Below are positions 35,501-44,750 of a stretch of 64,000 bases of DNA, in pieces. Source of the stretch: an uncultured Flavobacteriales bacterium (GTDB lineage Bacteria; Bacteroidota; Bacteroidia; Flavobacteriales_D; CALLUQ01); the NCBI GenBank assembly GCA_938010565.1, contig CALLUQ010000069.1, positions 3,400-67,399 of the forward strand. The letters run 5' to 3'. The position numbers were made by a program, and so were the translations under genes. The notes beneath the pieces were generated by a model. It was not told the origin of the DNA. It did no database searches and saw only the letters and a program-made list of their open reading frames with translations. Numbering within the stretch: position 1 is the first letter of the stretch; the number at the start of each line of letters is the position of its first letter.

Positions 35501-36592
35501 CTATAAAAGCGCTTTGTTGAGGTTAAATTTCAAAGAGAATACATTCGAATACAACGCAGCGGATTGGTCGCCGATATCCGTAAGGGCGTAATCCAGGATT
35601 ACGCCTTTGATGTTCAGTCCAATGCCAAGATTGGGCTGAAATGTGGTTTCCTGTTGGCCGAGTGCATCCAATTCTTTTTGAATGTTCCCCATCCCGATCC
35701 GGAGGAAAACAATGCCCTTAAAGCCAGCTTCCAGGCCCAGGCTTGGATCGATGCTGGCAAAATGGGTGCGGATGAGGGTGTTTCTTTTCCCGTCAAAGGT
35801 ATTTTGCAGATCTGCTTCAGCCAGCAGGCTAAACTTTTTCCCCAACTTAACGTTTCGGGAGACCGCCAATACCAGACGGGGCAATGTTGCTTCTACGGAG
35901 TTTTCCGGTATTTCGTTACCTGTCAGGGCAAACACTTCACGGGTCGTTTCATTCAGATCAAAACTCCAGGCATTAAACGTGGAGGTGATATCTCTCGCTA
36001 CTGCTCCCAAACGCCAGGCTCCTGTTTGGTAATGTGCACCCACATCCAGGCCAAACCCCCAGGCTTTTGCAAAGTTGCCCACCTTGCGGTGGATGATCTT
36101 CACATTGGCTCCCAGGTTGAGATTGGGCACCAGATTGGCTTTGGCATAACTGAACAGGAAGGCATAATCGGCTGCCGAAAATTCATAGATCCGATCGTAA
36201 TCCCATTCGCCATTGGCATCGATAAGTTCTGTAGTGTTGGGGATGTTGTCTACCCCAAAACGGATCATGGAAAAGCCGACGGCTGAGGTACTGTCCAGTG
36301 GTTTGGCAATGGCTCCGAAGTCGTATTTGGCAATTCCGGCAAAATATTCGGCATGCATCAGACCGATCTGCATATCGGATCGGACCCCCAGCAAGCCTGC
36401 CGGGTTCCAGTAGCCCGAGGTTACGTCGTTCACACTGGCTACATTGGCATTCGACATGCCCAGGGCACGGGCGCCTACACCAATGGCCAAAAACTCATTG
36501 CTGTACTTGGGGGCTTGTGCCCATAATCCGCCCGAAAAAAATACCAACAGCGCCGGCAGGGTTAATTGTTTCAAGTTCATGATCGTTTCCAT
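35501..36592 (-). CDS. PorV/PorQ-family outer-membrane beta-barrel protein
   Basis: Signal peptide LTLPALLVFFSGGLWAQ. FLAIGVGARALGMSNANVASVNDVTSGYWNPAGL fits the PorV/PorQ N-terminal signature. Its stop lies 2 nt before the PorU-like start. The start may be ATG 36580. Confidence 0.78.
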   Translation of the reverse strand: METIMNLKQLTLPALLVFFSGGLWAQAPKYSNEFLAIGVGARALGMSNANVASVNDVTSGYWNPAGLLGVRSDMQIGLMHAEYFAGIAKYDFGAIAKPLDSTSAVGFSMIRFGVDNIPNTTELIDANGEWDYDRIYEFSAADYAFLFSYAKANLVPNLNLGANVKIIHRKVGNFAKAWGFGLDVGAHYQTGAWRLGAVARDITSTFNAWSFDLNETTREVFALTGNEIPENSVEATLPRLVLAVSRNVKLGKKFSLLAEADLQNTFDGKRNTLIRTHFASIDPSLGLEAGFKGIVFLRIGMGNIQKELDALGQQETTFQPNLGIGLNIKGVILDYALTDIGDQSAALYSNVFSLKFNLNKALL

Positions 36593-36864
36593 TCTTTAAA
36601 ATTAAAGGACACCGGCAGATTATCCAAGTACCGGAGTACGGAAAAGGTGCACCGGGTATCTCTGTTCCCGCCTTCTGTTAACTGGCGAAAGCATTGAATT
36701 AGTATGTGGTTTCGGGCCGTAGGGGGTAAAAATACCGAAAAGCCAACAGACGCATTTTTGTTTTTCAGGTTATGTTTACGTTGGATCTTTTTGTTTTGTT
36801 AGGTGCTTCATGCACAAAACGAACCCATGTATGGGTTCGCATCGTATGTTGTTGGTCGCTTTGT

Positions 36865-36897
36865 GGCATTTTTTCAGATATGATCTGAAAAAATGCC
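36865..36897. repeat. perfect 14-bp-stem palindrome in a 460-bp intergenic gap
   Basis: GGCATTTTTTCAGA-TATGA-TCTGAAAAAATGCC. A second palindrome, CGAACCCAT-GT-ATGGGTTCG, lies at 36820-36839. Confidence 0.6.
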
Positions 36898-37051
36898 GTG
36901 TCTCATCCGTGAACTTCGTGCCCTTTTGGGCAAACGGTTGTTTTTTTGCCACTGCTATACCATTTTCCCGCAAAGGTCGGTTCGGTTTTAGCCCCATCGC
37001 AAGAAGTTGAAAATAAGATTTTTAAACCGGCTCTCCGGTAAAAGCGAAGGT

Positions 37052-38899
37052 TTATTCTATTTTTTTAAACGTATCGATGGCCGGAGGTTCGTCTCCTTTG
37101 AGTTGGCGGTATCGTTCTCTGGCTTCCACAACGTACAAGCTGCCGGGATAATCCGTCAACAGCTTTTCGTAGTATTCGATGGCTTTTGCATCATCATGTA
37201 ACGCAAGCTGGTAGAGTTCCCCCAGATAAAATGCGGCATCATCTCCGAGAATATCGTGGCCGTGAGCGGCGAGTATCGTTTTCAGGTGCCGGGCTGCCGC
37301 TTCAAATTGTTGTTTCCGGTGAGCGATACGATATTTTTGGAAGATGATCTCATCGCTGAGGGCATGGCCGGGGTATGCGGTGAGGATAGAATCCATGATC
37401 GCAACAGACGGATCAAATTGGTTTTGAAAAAGCAGGAGGTCCGCTTTCGCATACATAGACATGGCCTCCGAAGTGGTATCGAGGTTGAGGTTATCGGTGA
37501 TGAGGAGAGAAAGATCCATGGCATCATTTGAGATGAGCTTGGAGGTGGATGTTTTCAGGATATCAAGTTGGGCCTGTGCCCAGATAAAGTTGCCGGTATA
37601 AAAAGAGATCTTGGCATTGCGGTATTTGGCTTCATGTCCCGGCATGTCGTTTTTAAAGTCGTGATCTACCTGAGAGTAATAGAGCGACGCATCCCATATT
37701 TGGCCATTGAGAACAAGAATATCGCCCAGCTCCAGTTTTGTTTCTGCGATGTTGTTCCGGCTCATTCCGGGCAATTTGAGGGTGTGTTCCAGCAGTGCAA
37801 TGGCTTCCGGTTTGTGGTCGAGGTAGAACGCTTTCAGGTGGGCAAGCCGACGCATCAAAAGGGCGGTTTTGGCCGTTTTTCCCAATTCTTTCAACGTCGA
37901 TGTATAGCTGGACTCTAGGCTTGTCAATTCTTCCGGTGTATAGTTGCCTTTGGTGATCTTCTGATGCATGGTTTCCAGCCATTCCATTTTGGCAGGGGTA
38001 TAGTTCGGGCTCAACGGCCCTTTTTCGATCACATAACGAAAGCACTTTACAGCGATATCGTATTCAAAGTTGGACCGGCAAAGCCGACCGAGGTTGAGCA
38101 CCCTTTCTCCTTCGTCTTTTTCCCGTTTATCGAGTGCTTTGGTTTGGATGAAAGCAGCGTTGAATTGTTTCTTCTGGACAAACAACCAGATCAGCATTTC
38201 GGAGAATATGGTTTTTTGCGGATATTTTCGGATATAGCGAAGCAATTGGTCTTTCAGCAGTTTGCTTTGTGCCTCGTTGTCCTGCAGATCGAGCGTACGA
38301 TCCAGTGCGGTTTGTACTCCTTGGAGGTAACGTTCGCTTTTCAACAAAAGGTCCAGATACACATCCACCATTCCTTCGTAATCTCCTTTTATCCCCATAA
38401 CGGTGGCGATGTCGAAGTTGAAATCATAGTTATTTTTGAGGAGTTTTTTTCCTTTTTGATAGCATGCCAGTGCTTGGTCCGGTTCGTTTTTTTCAATAAA
38501 AGCATTGGCCAGATCGGTAATCTGTTTGTGGTCGGGGGTGAGTGCCTTGATGGCTTTGACAAATTGTTGTGTTGCTTTGTTTTCGTTGCCCATGGCTTTG
38601 AAGAGCGTGCCCAAGTCCACATAGTAGGTCAGGTTACCGGGGTCTCGGCGCATCTGGCGTTTGGCTAATTTCTCGGCTTCTTTAAAGCGTTCTAACGCAA
38701 CGAGGCAACGGTAGTAATATTCATAATAAACAGGCGATCGGCTTTTTTCATACAAGCGTTCGTAATACATCACGGCAAGTTCGAATTCGCCTTTTTGAAA
38801 ATACTGAACCGCCAACTGCTCATCGTTTACCGACTGAGCATCCGCAAAAGCCGGCATCAGCAGTAAAAGCACCAACCCGATCTGTCTGAATGGTTTCAT
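37052..38899 (-). CDS. tetratricopeptide-repeat protein (secreted)
   Basis: Signal peptide MKPFRQIGLVLLLLMPAFADAQ, with TPR-like helical repeats throughout (e.g. AVQYFQKGEFELAVMYYERL). Confidence 0.8.
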   Translation of the reverse strand: MKPFRQIGLVLLLLMPAFADAQSVNDEQLAVQYFQKGEFELAVMYYERLYEKSRSPVYYEYYYRCLVALERFKEAEKLAKRQMRRDPGNLTYYVDLGTLFKAMGNENKATQQFVKAIKALTPDHKQITDLANAFIEKNEPDQALACYQKGKKLLKNNYDFNFDIATVMGIKGDYEGMVDVYLDLLLKSERYLQGVQTALDRTLDLQDNEAQSKLLKDQLLRYIRKYPQKTIFSEMLIWLFVQKKQFNAAFIQTKALDKREKDEGERVLNLGRLCRSNFEYDIAVKCFRYVIEKGPLSPNYTPAKMEWLETMHQKITKGNYTPEELTSLESSYTSTLKELGKTAKTALLMRRLAHLKAFYLDHKPEAIALLEHTLKLPGMSRNNIAETKLELGDILVLNGQIWDASLYYSQVDHDFKNDMPGHEAKYRNAKISFYTGNFIWAQAQLDILKTSTSKLISNDAMDLSLLITDNLNLDTTSEAMSMYAKADLLLFQNQFDPSVAIMDSILTAYPGHALSDEIIFQKYRIAHRKQQFEAAARHLKTILAAHGHDILGDDAAFYLGELYQLALHDDAKAIEYYEKLLTDYPGSLYVVEARERYRQLKGDEPPAIDTFKKIE

Positions 38900-38902
38900 A
38901 TA

Positions 38903-39532
38903 TTATGATAACGCCCGGGCTCCGGGTTTTGTTTTCATTTCTTCCATGATGGCCTTTACTTTGGGATGCAACCGATCGAAATAGCTGTGTGCATTTTTCA
39001 TGATCTGCACCCATTCTTTGGTTTGAGAACATAACCTGGTCCCTTTTTCCATTTCCACAGCATAAAATAACCTGGCCCTGCGGTCAGGAGCCATCGCGTT
39101 TTCTTTTTTGCCTTGCAGGCTCTCTTTCTCATGCATGGCCACCACCCCTTTTTTAAGATCGTCTCGAAGGCTTTTTACCTGTTTGATGCTGAAGCGGAGT
39201 TGTTGTTGAAAGATGACATATTTATGGCGTGCCTTTGCAAAGCCTTTTTTTAATCCTTTGTATTGCGTAAGTAGAGTGGCGTGTTTACGGGCCATGGTAT
39301 CTTGAAAGTTGGCCTGAATATAAGCCAGGTCCTTTTTTATTTTTTGCAACTTACCGAAAGTGCCGCTGGTGTCGAGTTGCATCAGCAATGTAAGAGCGGA
39401 ATCCAACGACAAGCTCAATGCATCCAGTTGTTTCGTTTCTTCCGCAAAACGATGGCTTTCCGATGAACTGCAACCGAGATGAAGAAGGAAAGCCAAAACA
39501 AGCGGACAGCTGATAAAAAACCGTTTTCTCAT
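38903..39532 (-). CDS. helical lipoprotein, unknown function
   Basis: Lipobox LAFLLHLGCSS after MRKRFFISCPLV. Its stop is 3 nt before the TPR gene start. Start moved from 39634 to ATG 39532. Confidence 0.6.
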   Translation of the reverse strand: MRKRFFISCPLVLAFLLHLGCSSSESHRFAEETKQLDALSLSLDSALTLLMQLDTSGTFGKLQKIKKDLAYIQANFQDTMARKHATLLTQYKGLKKGFAKARHKYVIFQQQLRFSIKQVKSLRDDLKKGVVAMHEKESLQGKKENAMAPDRRARLFYAVEMEKGTRLCSQTKEWVQIMKNAHSYFDRLHPKVKAIMEEMKTKPGARALS

Positions 39533-39671
39533 GGTGTTATTTTCTTGTGGATCCAGGCAAAACAGTTCCGATTGAGGTACATCTTTTGCCACAAACTTCG
39601 TGCCTTTTTCCCTTTTGCCGAAGCAGACTGGCACGGGTGTAAAACTTTGGAATGCATAACTTTATGGCAAT

Positions 39672-39704
39672 GCAAAAACTCCTGACTTTTGAAGCCAGGA
39701 GTTT
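39672..39704 (-). terminator. Rho-independent terminator after rpmA
   Basis: Minus strand AAACTCCTG-GCTTCAAAAGT-CAGGAGTTT followed by TTG. Located 24 nt after the rpmA stop. Confidence 0.6.
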
Positions 39705-39727
39705 GAATATGATGCATTTTCGTTTGA

Positions 39728-39988
39728 TTATTCCCCGATAGGGTGAACCGAAACGAACGATTTATTGTTGCGTTTTTTATCGAAACGAACGACACCATCA
39801 ACCAGAGCAAACAACGTATGATCTTTACCCATACCTACGTTTACACCTGCATTATGACGTGTTCCGCGTTGGCGAACGATAATGTTGCCGGCGATGGCCC
39901 CCTGGCCACCAAAGATCTTAACACCGAGTCGTTTACTTTCTGACTCACGACCATTTTTGGAGCTACCGACACCTTTTTTGTGTGCCAT
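39728..39988 (-). CDS. rpmA: 50S ribosomal protein L27
   Basis: [29 protein letters not shown]... Confidence 0.97.
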   Translation of the reverse strand: MAHKKGVGSSKNGRESESKRLGVKIFGGQGAIAGNIIVRQRGTRHNAGVNVGMGKDHTLFALVDGVVRFDKKRNNKSFVSVHPIGE

Positions 39989-40020
39989 GTCTTTTTGGTT
40001 TTAAAGTATTGAGTAAAAGA

Positions 40021-40485
40021 TTAACCTTCTTTATTTGCATTCGCTGTTCCGTCGTCTGACGTTTCAGTGGTTTCAACTTCCGTAGTGGTTTTTTCTTCGG
40101 AAACTTCAGCAGTCACCTCTTCTTTTTCAGGCTCAGCCTTTCGGGCAACCTTGTCATCACCGGGTGTTGCTCCGTTTTCTTTGATCTCCTCAATGAGGAT
40201 CTCAGTAAAATGCTGGCGGTGGCCATTTTTCACTTTATAGCCTTTACGGCGTTTCTTTTTGAAGACAACTATCTTGTCGCCTTTCAGGTGTTGCAGTACC
40301 TTTGCGGTTACTTGAGCACCATCTATAGCCGGGGCGCCAACGTTTACTTTTCCACCATTATCGATCAACATAACGTTATCAAAACGAACTTGATCTCCGG
40401 CGTTTCCACCGAGGTTGTGGACGTAAAGTTGCTGGTCTTTGCGCACTTTAAATTGCTGCCCTGCTATCTCTACAATCGCGTACAT
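40021..40485 (-). CDS. rplU: 50S ribosomal protein L21 with ~50-aa acidic C-terminal extension
   Basis: MYAIVEIAGQQFKVRKDQQLYVH...KKRRKGYKVKNGHRQHFTEILIEEI, then ENGATPGDDKVARKAEPEKEEVTAEVSEEKTTTEVETTETSDDG. Confidence 0.95.
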   Translation of the reverse strand: MYAIVEIAGQQFKVRKDQQLYVHNLGGNAGDQVRFDNVMLIDNGGKVNVGAPAIDGAQVTAKVLQHLKGDKIVVFKKKRRKGYKVKNGHRQHFTEILIEEIKENGATPGDDKVARKAEPEKEEVTAEVSEEKTTTEVETTETSDDGTANANKEG

Positions 40486-40599
40486 GTTAAACAGCTTTTG
40501 TTCATAACAAAATTAAAAACCCTAAAATTCAGGGGGTGCAAAGGTATGAAAAGATCCGGAGGTTTACAATCGGTTGTTGAAATCGCCCCCTGCGGCGAT

Positions 40600-41514
40600 T
40601 CAACGTTCTTTTTTCTTCTTATTCACCAGATAAACACCACAGAGAATAAACGTACTGAACATCAATGCCAATGCCGTAACTTCTTCTCCGTCTACCACCC
40701 CCCAAAGAATCGCTACCAAGGGAATAAAATAGGTAACCGATGCAGCAAAAATGGAAGAGGTCATTTTGATAAGCCAGTTGAACAAGATCACGGCAAAAGA
40801 GGTTCCGACTACAGCAAGAATAGCCGTGTAGCCAAATGCTTCCCACCCTTGCGGGTGATCCGTCAAAACGGTTGTAAAGTCGGTAGCGAATACACAAATG
40901 GTGGCCAAGGGACCTATAAACAAGAAAGCAATAGCCGTAATGGCAACGGAGGGTACTTCCTGCAAGGAATACCGGATTATGTTGACGCTGATGGCGTAAC
41001 AAAGTGTTGCTCCCACCACTAACCACGAATAAGCAAGGTTGCCGGAGGGGCCAATGCCTTGTGTACTCACTAGGCCAACAGCTCCTCCCATGCCCAGGAA
41101 AATGCCTACCATTTGTGCCCGACTTACTTTCGTTTTATAAACCCAAAGACCTATCAGTAAGGTAAGTAAAGGCACCAGGGAGTTGAGAATGCCCACATAA
41201 GAACTGTCGAGTCTATTCTGTGATGCGGTAAACAAGAATGCAGGCAAGCCATTTCCAAATAACCCTACGGCCAGCATGGACAGCCAATGTTTTTTGAAAT
41301 AACGTTTTACATAGATAAAAGCAAAAGGGAGCAACACCAGAGATGCCATACTTATCCTTAGTGCTGCAACCTGCACATCCGAAAAAAGAGGTTGTTTATC
41401 GCTTGTAAACATGGCCCGTTTCATCAAAATGAATGAACTGCCCCAGATGATGGCGAGCAATATCAGGATCGCCCAGGTAACAAATTGAGCGGATGGCGGT
41501 TTTTGGGCAGTCAT
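40600..41514 (-). CDS. EamA/DMT-family transporter
   Basis: 304 aa with ten hydrophobic segments in a 5+5 arrangement. LLAIIWGSSFILMK is typical of an EamA domain. Confidence 0.85.
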   Translation of the reverse strand: MTAQKPPSAQFVTWAILILLAIIWGSSFILMKRAMFTSDKQPLFSDVQVAALRISMASLVLLPFAFIYVKRYFKKHWLSMLAVGLFGNGLPAFLFTASQNRLDSSYVGILNSLVPLLTLLIGLWVYKTKVSRAQMVGIFLGMGGAVGLVSTQGIGPSGNLAYSWLVVGATLCYAISVNIIRYSLQEVPSVAITAIAFLFIGPLATICVFATDFTTVLTDHPQGWEAFGYTAILAVVGTSFAVILFNWLIKMTSSIFAASVTYFIPLVAILWGVVDGEEVTALALMFSTFILCGVYLVNKKKKER

Positions 41515-41599
41515 AAATTTGCCACAAAGATAACTAACATATAGCTGGGTTTTACGGATGTTTTCTCCGTCCCGAATGCTCCGAATGCCTCGAAATGTA

Positions 41600-41868
41600 C
41601 ATTAATGCACTATTTATGCTTTTTTATGCCGGACAAAAAATGAGGACGTTTCACCTCATTGCTCCTTGTCATTTTTTGCACACCAATCGCTATTGTTCCG
41701 CATGGATACGGCAAAGCTTTTTTTTACAAATTTCGATCGGATTGAGCCAGGCAAAACATCGCATTCCAAATCTCTCGTAAACTATGGGTACGCTTGCGAC
41801 TGCCATTCAGGATCTTTTCAATCAATTGCGATTGACCATCGGTCAAATCGGAAGGGTAACTTTTTCAT
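41600..41868 (-). pseudogene. IS5-family (DUF4096-type N-terminus) transposase fragment, frameshifted
   Basis: ATG at 41868, then out of frame PSDLTDGQSQLIEKILNGSRKRTHSLREIWNAMFCLAQS-stop. This resembles LPSDLTDEQWxLIEPLLP...REILNAIFYVLRTGCQW of IS5-type transposases (from memory). No DDE domain follows. Confidence 0.6.
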
Positions 41869-42008
41869 AGCAATATTTTTTTGTTATTGATCTCAATATG
41901 AAAAAGTTATCTTTTGTTTTCGCATCACTATAAGAAATTATTTCAACAGATTTCCTAGCCGCTACTTAGAAAAATAAAATATTTTTGTCTGTTTGTAGTT
42001 ATGAATAG

Positions 42009-44705
42009 ATGGTCCTTTACAAGGTGATAAGATACAGTACCCATATTGCGCTTTTGCTGTTGTTTCTCTTTGGTACGGCCTTTTTGTTTCAAGGGTGCAA
42101 AACCACAAAAAACAAATGGGCAAATCGAGCTTACCACGGAACCACCACCCGCTTTAACTATTACTTTAATGCGCGGGAAAGCATACGCGATGGTGTAGAT
42201 CAGTACCGGAATAATTACGACGATGATTACACCCAACTCCTTCCGGTTTGGACCTACCCGGATGAGGTAACGGCAAAAAGCCTTTATCCGCAAATGGATG
42301 TTGCCATCGAAAAATGCCAGAATGCGATCGAGTTGCATTCCATTTACATCAACAAACAAAACCAGGAGTACAATACCTGGATCGACGATTCTTATTTTTT
42401 GATCGGGAAGGCTTATTTTTTTAAACGGGAATTTGCAGATGCCAACCGCTTGTTAACCTATACGGCTCGCGAATACAAACACTCGGAAACCCGTTTTGAC
42501 GCCATGCTTTGGTTGGCCAAAACCAAACTGGAGCAAGGCGATTATAACGAAACCCGCAAACTCATTGACATACTTAAAGACGCCGATGAGGAGGCCCGGT
42601 TAAAAAAGAAAAAACCCAAAAGGAAAAAGAAAAAAAGCAAGCGCAAGAAGAGCAAAACCGGAAAAAACAAAAAGCCGGATCTCAAAACAGCACCTTTTCC
42701 CAAAAGATTGCGCGACGATCTGTTTGCCCTTGAGGCCGATATGTTCATCCGCCAAGAGCGATATGACGATGCCATCGCTCCGTTGGATCTGGCCATTGAA
42801 AATGCAAAATCAAAAGCGTTTCGGACCCGTTTGATTTACATACTGGCTCAGATATATCAGGAATCGGGCGATAAAAACAATGCTTCTCTCCAATACGCCC
42901 GGGTCATTAAAATGCACCCGAATTACGAAATGGAATTTTATGCCCGGATCAACCGGGCTTTGAATGTAAACGTGCGAAGCAAAGATTACAACGACATTCG
43001 TACTGAGTTGAAAAAAATGCTCAAAGACGAAAAGAACGATCAATACTACGATCAGATCTATTATGCGTTGGCCGAGATTGAATTAAAAGACCGCAACCGG
43101 GATCTGGCCGTAGAGTACCTGAAAAAATCGGTGGATGCGAGTATAAACAATAAACGCCAGAAAGGCCTTTCCTTCCTCAAGCTGGCAGAATTGCAGTTCG
43201 ATCGCAGAATTTATACCGATGCTCAACGGTTTTATGATAGTACCACCCAATTTCTTCCCGAAGATCATGCGTCGTTTGAAATGGCAGAACAGCGGGCAGA
43301 GTACCTCACCGATCTGGTGGGTCACCTCAACATCATTGCGTTTGAAGATAGTGTTCGTGCTTTGGCTGCCTGGGATAAAAATAAACTCTACGATTTGATC
43401 GATGATATCATTCAGGAAAAGAAGGATGCCGCTGATGCACTCCAAACCGAAGAGGAGTTAAACCGGCTCAACAATGCGACAGTCCTCAAAAATCCCGGCG
43501 TTGCATCAAAAGGCGGTTTCTGGCCCTACAACGCTACGGCCCGTGGTTTTGGTTTCAACGAGTTTCGCAAAAAATGGGGCGACCGGAAGCTGGAAGACAA
43601 CTGGAGGCGTTCCGACAGATCAGCGAGCATTTCGGATTTTGATCCGCAGCAGGAAGATGCTCCTGAAAATGATGATGATGAAGATTTGCAAGCCAACAAC
43701 GAATACTCCCGGGATTATTATCTGAAAAGCATACCAACCACCGATTCTGCTTTGATGGCTTCCCACAACAATGTGATGGAAGCCATCTGGGGTTCCGGCA
43801 TCATCTACAAAGAAAAACTGAACGACAATAAACAGGCCATAGCCAGTTTCAAAAGCCTGATCGAACGCTATGATACTTGCCGTTACCAACTGCCGGCTTA
43901 TTACCAGTTGTACCGTTTGTATCTGGCACTTGGCGACCATACCAACGCAACGCTATATAAAAATAAACTCTCCGAATTTCCGGATAGCGAATACTGGAAA
44001 GTAATTGTAAATCCGGATTTCAAGAAAGAAGACGAAAAGCAACGTTTGACCGATAAAGCCGGGTATGAAAAAACCCTTGATGTTTTTCGGCAAGGGTTTT
44101 ACAGTGTCGTACTCAACGATTGCGACAACATTCTGGCTTCCACAGATCAAAACTTCTACGCTCCAAAATACCACCTGTTGCGGGCACAAACGCTTTCTCA
44201 GATGGACCGCATCAAAGAGGTAGCGCCTACTTTACGGGAAGTAGTTGTGGGCTATCCCGGTTCACCGGAAGCCATTAAAGCTGCTGAGTACCTGGCCGTA
44301 TTGACCGCCCGGGAGGAACAGAGCAAAGCAGAAGAAAGCCCTTATAAGATGGATGTAAACAGCGAACACTTTTTTGTGATGGTGTTCCCGAATACCCGTG
44401 GAAGTGTTCGGCATTATGTGAAAAAAGTGGCCGATTTTAACGATACTTATTTTCGCAATGATGGCCTGAAGGTGGAAAACTTGATCATGGATCCCGAAAA
44501 CCAGATCATTGTAGTAAAAAGATTTCCTGATATGCAGACAGCCGGCGATTATTACATCGCATTTAAAACCAACGACAATATTCTGAAGGAAATCAACAAT
44601 TTCTTTGATTTTTATACCCTGTCAAGAGCCAATTACCAAACGCTGTATAAAGAGAAGGACTTTGAGGAGTATAAAAAGTTTTTCGAGGCCAACTACCTCA
44701 ATTAA
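42009..44705 (+). CDS. porW: TPR lipoprotein, PorW/SprE-like T9SS component
   Basis: Lipobox FLFQGCKTTKNKWANRAYHGTTTRFNYYFNARES resembles the SprE/PorW start (C..KKN...R.YH..T..YN.LYNG, from memory). About 900 aa of TPR-like repeats. Contains a poly-Lys insert. Confidence 0.72.
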   Translation: MVLYKVIRYSTHIALLLLFLFGTAFLFQGCKTTKNKWANRAYHGTTTRFNYYFNARESIRDGVDQYRNNYDDDYTQLLPVWTYPDEVTAKSLYPQMDVAIEKCQNAIELHSIYINKQNQEYNTWIDDSYFLIGKAYFFKREFADANRLLTYTAREYKHSETRFDAMLWLAKTKLEQGDYNETRKLIDILKDADEEARLKKKKPKRKKKKSKRKKSKTGKNKKPDLKTAPFPKRLRDDLFALEADMFIRQERYDDAIAPLDLAIENAKSKAFRTRLIYILAQIYQESGDKNNASLQYARVIKMHPNYEMEFYARINRALNVNVRSKDYNDIRTELKKMLKDEKNDQYYDQIYYALAEIELKDRNRDLAVEYLKKSVDASINNKRQKGLSFLKLAELQFDRRIYTDAQRFYDSTTQFLPEDHASFEMAEQRAEYLTDLVGHLNIIAFEDSVRALAAWDKNKLYDLIDDIIQEKKDAADALQTEEELNRLNNATVLKNPGVASKGGFWPYNATARGFGFNEFRKKWGDRKLEDNWRRSDRSASISDFDPQQEDAPENDDDEDLQANNEYSRDYYLKSIPTTDSALMASHNNVMEAIWGSGIIYKEKLNDNKQAIASFKSLIERYDTCRYQLPAYYQLYRLYLALGDHTNATLYKNKLSEFPDSEYWKVIVNPDFKKEDEKQRLTDKAGYEKTLDVFRQGFYSVVLNDCDNILASTDQNFYAPKYHLLRAQTLSQMDRIKEVAPTLREVVVGYPGSPEAIKAAEYLAVLTAREEQSKAEESPYKMDVNSEHFFVMVFPNTRGSVRHYVKKVADFNDTYFRNDGLKVENLIMDPENQIIVVKRFPDMQTAGDYYIAFKTNDNILKEINNFFDFYTLSRANYQTLYKEKDFEEYKKFFEANYLN

Positions 44706-44716
44706 AGCCCGGGCCG

Positions 44717-44750
44717 GGGCAAACGCATTTAATTTTGGGCAGCCTTTCCG
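44717..44750 (-). repeat. ISAs1-type terminal repeat, short copy D
   Basis: GGGGCAAACGCATTTAATTTTGGGCAGCC, 12 nt after the porW stop. It aligns with the first ~30 nt of copies A-C. Confidence 0.45.

Noticed and set aside
40210-41022. 270-aa plus-strand ORF spanning rplU and the EamA transporter
   Set aside because: It crosses an intergenic region and two well-supported minus-strand genes, so it is an artefact.
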